Source: Coriobacteriia bacterium
GTDB lineage: Bacteria; Actinomycetota; Coriobacteriia; Anaerosomatales; JAJZPX01
Direction: 5' to 3'
NCBI GenBank assembly: GCA_036504755.1
Contig: DASXUP010000023.1
Coordinates: 1,355-65,354 of the forward strand
Length of the DNA: 64,000 bases
Shown in pieces: positions 61,146-64,000 of the stretch. Every line of letters starts with the position of its first letter. Within the stretch, counting starts at the first letter, position 1. The position numbers and the translations under genes were made by a program. The notes beneath the pieces were generated by a model. The model made no database searches. It worked only from the letters and a program-made list of their open reading frames with translations, and had not been told where the DNA came from.

Positions 61146-62285
61146 ATGCCCGGTGCGATCCGTTTCCGGATGTCGTCGCCAGCGGGTACACTGGTCGCCA
61201 TGACCGACGACAACTCGCTCATAGACTTCGTCGCCGGCGTCTCCGGGGAGGGCTACCTCAAGGTCGAGGAGGACTTCGGCGACGGGTTCGTACGTCTCCG
61301 CATCTCCGAGGCCGAGCGGCGCCAGGCGAAGCACGACATCCGCAGCTTCGAGGACGTCGTCGTCGAGGTGCTGCGCAACAGCCGCGATGCCCACGCCCGC
61401 CGCATCTTCCTCGCGAACAGCCGGGAGGGAGAGCTGCGGTCGCTGACCGTGATCGACGACGGCGTCGGCGTGCCGCCGCACTTGCACGATCGCATCTTCG
61501 AGCCTAGGGTCACCAGCAAGCTCGAGACGATGGTCACGGACTCGTGGGGCGTCCACGGCCGAGGCATGGCGCTCTTCTCCATCCGCGAGAACGTTCTCTC
61601 CGCGCGCGTGGCGTCGTCCGACTTGCACCGGGGCATGTCGCTTTCGATAGTCTCCGACTGCAACGGGCTGTCCGAGCGCGCCGACCAGTCCACTTGGCCG
61701 GTGGTGGAGGCCGCCGAAGAGGGGGGCCTGAAGGTGGTGCGCGGACCCCACAACATCATCCGGCGCGTCCTTGAGTTCGCCTCCGAGCACCCCGAGGTCT
61801 CGGTATACGTCGGCACGCCGACCGACGTCATCGCCACACTGCACATGATCGGCCGCGGTTCACTCGCCTCGGCTGACCTGCTCTTCTGCGACGACGTCTC
61901 GAAACTGCCGGTCTGGCAGCGGCCGGCGGTCGCCGCGGACGCGGCCGAGCTCGTCGAGATCGCCGCCGGGGTCGGTCTCGCGGTCTCCGAGCGGACCGCC
62001 CACCGCGTGCTCGCGGGCGAGCTGCCCGCTCTCGAGCCCGCCCTCGCCGTAGCCGCCGGGTCGATCGCTCCGGCCGGCGAACGCGAACCGTCGGCACCGG
62101 ACATCTACCGCGACCGTCGCGGCTTGAAGATCCACCACGCGGACCTCGGGGAGTTCAAGCGCGAGCTCGAGCGCGCTTTCGACGTGATCGCGGAGCGCTA
62201 CTACCTCCACCTCAAGGCCGAGCCGAAAGTGGTGGTCGGGCGCGACGAGATACGGGTGCGCTTCACCGTTGAGAAGGAAGACTGA
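61146..62285 (+). CDS. Orphan GHKL (Bergerat-fold) ATPase with MutL-N/MORC-like motifs and no His-kinase H-box
   Basis: EVLRNSRDAHARRIFL (N-box, compare MutL ELVENSLDAGATRIDI), VIDDGVGVP (DxGxG), RVTSKL (MutL HATSKI) at identical spacing, GVHGRGMALFSI (MutL GFRGEALASI). About 230 further residues have no motif I recognise. Start is ATG 61146 or ATG 61200. Confidence 0.75.
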   Translation: MPGAIRFRMSSPAGTLVAMTDDNSLIDFVAGVSGEGYLKVEEDFGDGFVRLRISEAERRQAKHDIRSFEDVVVEVLRNSRDAHARRIFLANSREGELRSLTVIDDGVGVPPHLHDRIFEPRVTSKLETMVTDSWGVHGRGMALFSIRENVLSARVASSDLHRGMSLSIVSDCNGLSERADQSTWPVVEAAEEGGLKVVRGPHNIIRRVLEFASEHPEVSVYVGTPTDVIATLHMIGRGSLASADLLFCDDVSKLPVWQRPAVAADAAELVEIAAGVGLAVSERTAHRVLAGELPALEPALAVAAGSIAPAGEREPSAPDIYRDRRGLKIHHADLGEFKRELERAFDVIAERYYLHLKAEPKVVVGRDEIRVRFTVEKED

Positions 62286-62391
62286 ACCAGTCGATACGCT
62301 ATACTGAAGAACGGGCCTCGTGCCCGGCTTGCCGACAACGCACCAGCGTCACAGCACCGATCGCCGTTATCGTCGCCGCAGGAGGGACACG

Positions 62392-62667
62392 TTGGAGGTA
62401 CTCAAGGTATCGAGCAAGTCGAACCCGAACTCGGTCGCAGGTGCCCTCGCGGGCGTCATCAGGGAGCAGGGCGCGGTGGAGATCCAGACCGTCGGCGCGG
62501 GCGCGCTCAACCAGGCGGTCAAAGCGATCGCCATCGCTCGCGGCTTCATCGCACCCTCGGGCATGGACCTCAGCTGCGTTCCGGCGTTCACGGATATCCT
62601 GATCAACGGCGAGGAGCGAACGGCCATACGCATCCTCGTCGAGCCGCGGGACTCCCATCGCGGCTGA
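62392..62667 (+). CDS. spoVS: Stage V sporulation protein S (SpoVS) family protein
   Basis: TTG 62392 sits 5 nt after GGAGGG. LEVLKVSSKSNPNSVAGALAGVIREQGAVEIQTVGAGALNQAVKAIAIARGFIAPSGMDLSCVPAFTDILINGEERTAIRILVEPR is nearly collinear with B. subtilis SpoVS as I remember it. A TATACT -10-like hexamer lies at about 62296-62301. Confidence 0.9.
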   Translation: MEVLKVSSKSNPNSVAGALAGVIREQGAVEIQTVGAGALNQAVKAIAIARGFIAPSGMDLSCVPAFTDILINGEERTAIRILVEPRDSHRG

Positions 62668-62686
62668 CCCGGGTGGGGGCCCAGGG

Positions 62687-63523
62687 TTGAGCATCGACCT
62701 TCACGTCCACAGCACAGCATCCGACGGCGTCCTCGCGCCGGACGCCGTCGTCGCCGAGGCGGCACTCGCGGGTCTTCACGCGATCGCGCTCACCGATCAC
62801 GACAGCGTCGAAGGTGTCGCTGCCGCTCTCACCGCCGGTGCCGAGCGCGGTCTTCGCGTCGTACCGGCCGTCGAGCTCTCCGCGACGGCGAGGGACGGGC
62901 GCGACCTGCATATCCTGGGATACCGGATCGACCACACGGACAAGCGCCTGCTGAAGCGGCTCGAGCAGCTGCGCGAGCGGCGGCGCGAGCGCGCGATGGC
63001 TATGATTGCGGCGCTCCGGAAGGGCGGATACGCCCTCGACCCCGACGACGTGATGCGCATGGCCGGCGAGGGTGCTCTCGGGCGCGCTCACATCGCTCGC
63101 GCGCTCGAGGCGACCGGCAAGGTCCCCTCGGCTGGCGACGCCTTCCGCCATCTCATCGGACGCGGCGGGCCGTACTACGTCCCGAAGCCCGGGGTCACGC
63201 CGGAGGAGATGATCACCCTCATCCGTTCCTCGTGCGGCATCCCGGTCCTCGCGCACCCGGGGATCACGCGCGTGGACGACCTCCTCGGCAAGCTCGTGGA
63301 CGCCGGCCTGCAGGGCATCGAGGTGTGGCACTCGGAGCACACGGCCGCGGATACGAAGCGCTACGCGGAGATCGCGCGACGGCGCGGACTGGTGGCAACG
63401 GGCGGCAGCGACTACCACGGCCCGCACGCGAGCGGCGGGGGGAAGCGCCTGGGCGGCGTCGAGGTGCCCGACAGCGTGCTCGAATCCCTCTACGAGGTGG
63501 AACGCGGCCCCGCCTGCGACTGA
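62687..63523 (+). CDS. PHP-domain phosphoesterase (TrpH/YciV-like)
   Basis: IDLHVHSTASDGV, AIALTDHDSVEGV, LAHPG, GIEVWHSEH, ATGGSDYHG metal-ligand motifs of the PHP family. Confidence 0.85.
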   Translation: MSIDLHVHSTASDGVLAPDAVVAEAALAGLHAIALTDHDSVEGVAAALTAGAERGLRVVPAVELSATARDGRDLHILGYRIDHTDKRLLKRLEQLRERRRERAMAMIAALRKGGYALDPDDVMRMAGEGALGRAHIARALEATGKVPSAGDAFRHLIGRGGPYYVPKPGVTPEEMITLIRSSCGIPVLAHPGITRVDDLLGKLVDAGLQGIEVWHSEHTAADTKRYAEIARRRGLVATGGSDYHGPHASGGGKRLGGVEVPDSVLESLYEVERGPACD

Positions 63524-63560
63524 GCCGTGAGGGGCACGACACGTGCTACACTCCTCGCCC

Positions 63561-64000
63561 ATGAGGACCTTCGACGTGCGCACCTTCGGGTGTCAGATGA
63601 ACAAGCATGACTCCGAGCGGATCGCCGGGATGCTCGAGGCGAACGGATTCGTGCGGGCCCCGGATCCGGACTCGGCGGACGTCGTCGTCTTCAACACCTG
63701 CTGCGTGCGGGAGCGCGCGGACGAGCGCGTGCGCGGACAGGTGGCGTCGCTGAAGCCAGCGGCGCGCGACCGCGGGGTCGTCATCGCGGTCGGCGGATGC
63801 GTCGCCCAACGCGACGGGGAGCGGCTGCTGGCGCAGCTGCCGCACGTCGACGTCGTGTTCGGCACGCACAACGTCGAGCGTCTGCCGGAGCTTCTCGCCG
63901 CCGCAGAGGAGTCCGGCCGTCCGCAGGTGGAGACGATAGAGGCGGCCACGGGCTTCACCTCGGATCTGCCGTCGCACCGCGAGCACCCGTGGCACGCTTG
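63561..64000 (+). CDS. miaB: tRNA-2-methylthio-N6-dimethylallyladenosine synthase MiaB, 3'-truncated by the window edge
   Basis: My own translation from ATG 63561: MRTFDVRTFGCQMNKHDSERIAGMLEANGF...VVVFNTCCVRERA...AVGGCVAQ, the MTTase N-domain with three Cys. The frame is open to the window end and is therefore absent from the ORF track. Confidence 0.85.
   Translation, partial: MRTFDVRTFGCQMNKHDSERIAGMLEANGFVRAPDPDSADVVVFNTCCVRERADERVRGQVASLKPAARDRGVVIAVGGCVAQRDGERLLAQLPHVDVVFGTHNVERLPELLAAAEESGRPQVETIEAATGFTSDLPSHREHPWHA

Noticed and set aside
63546-63995. Minus-strand ORFs 63546..63995 and 63593..63958 at the window end.
   Set aside because: They are antisense to an open + frame that translates to a clear MiaB N-terminal domain (FGCQMNKHDSERIAG...NTCCVRE...GGCVAQ). 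That frame is missing from the track only because it runs off the window.

Overview
This is a very GC-rich, Gram-positive-type chromosomal core segment. Gene order matches the conserved Actinomycetota/Bacillota housekeeping block, but I cannot assign a lineage from sequence alone. I call 64 protein-coding genes, 63 of them on the + strand, many joined by 1-4 nt stop/start overlaps. In order: rimM-trmD-lepB-rplS-lepB-rnhB-yraN-comM-dprA-trmFO-xerC, then a FliA/WhiG-type sigma factor and a CheY-like receiver. Next come rpsB-tsf-pyrH-frr-uppS-cdsA-dxr-rseP-ispG, a tandem USP, an 11-gene nuoABCDHIJKLMN operon with no nuoEFG, and a small Rossmann protein. Then proS, rimP-nusA-ylxR-infB-rbfA-nrnA-truB-ribF, rpsO-pnp, an M16 peptidase, dapB-lysC-dapA, rnj, uppP, ftsK, a rodZ-like gene, yajQ, rimO-pgsA-cinA-thpR, recA-recX and rny. 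The window ends with a short non-core patch (one minus-strand membrane protein, a Cys-rich miniprotein, a MutL-like GHKL ATPase), then spoVS, a PHP phosphoesterase and the 5' part of miaB. I found no rRNA, tRNA, CRISPR array, transposase, prophage or recognisable defence system. Most of the window is ordinary housekeeping DNA. The best candidate for undescribed biology is 60.3-62.7 kb, where the miniprotein and the orphan GHKL ATPase sit upstream of spoVS in the position Bacillus-type genomes give to ymdB. Secondary oddities are: a sigma-28-type factor plus a receiver/zinc-ribbon protein where Bacillus has its fla/che operon; a complex I without an NADH-input module; a C3H zinc-finger tail on NusA; a terminator-like hairpin in the rimP-nusA leader; and a roughly 280-nt structured rny leader. 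All calls come from reading the translated ORFs and the DNA by eye. No database search was run.
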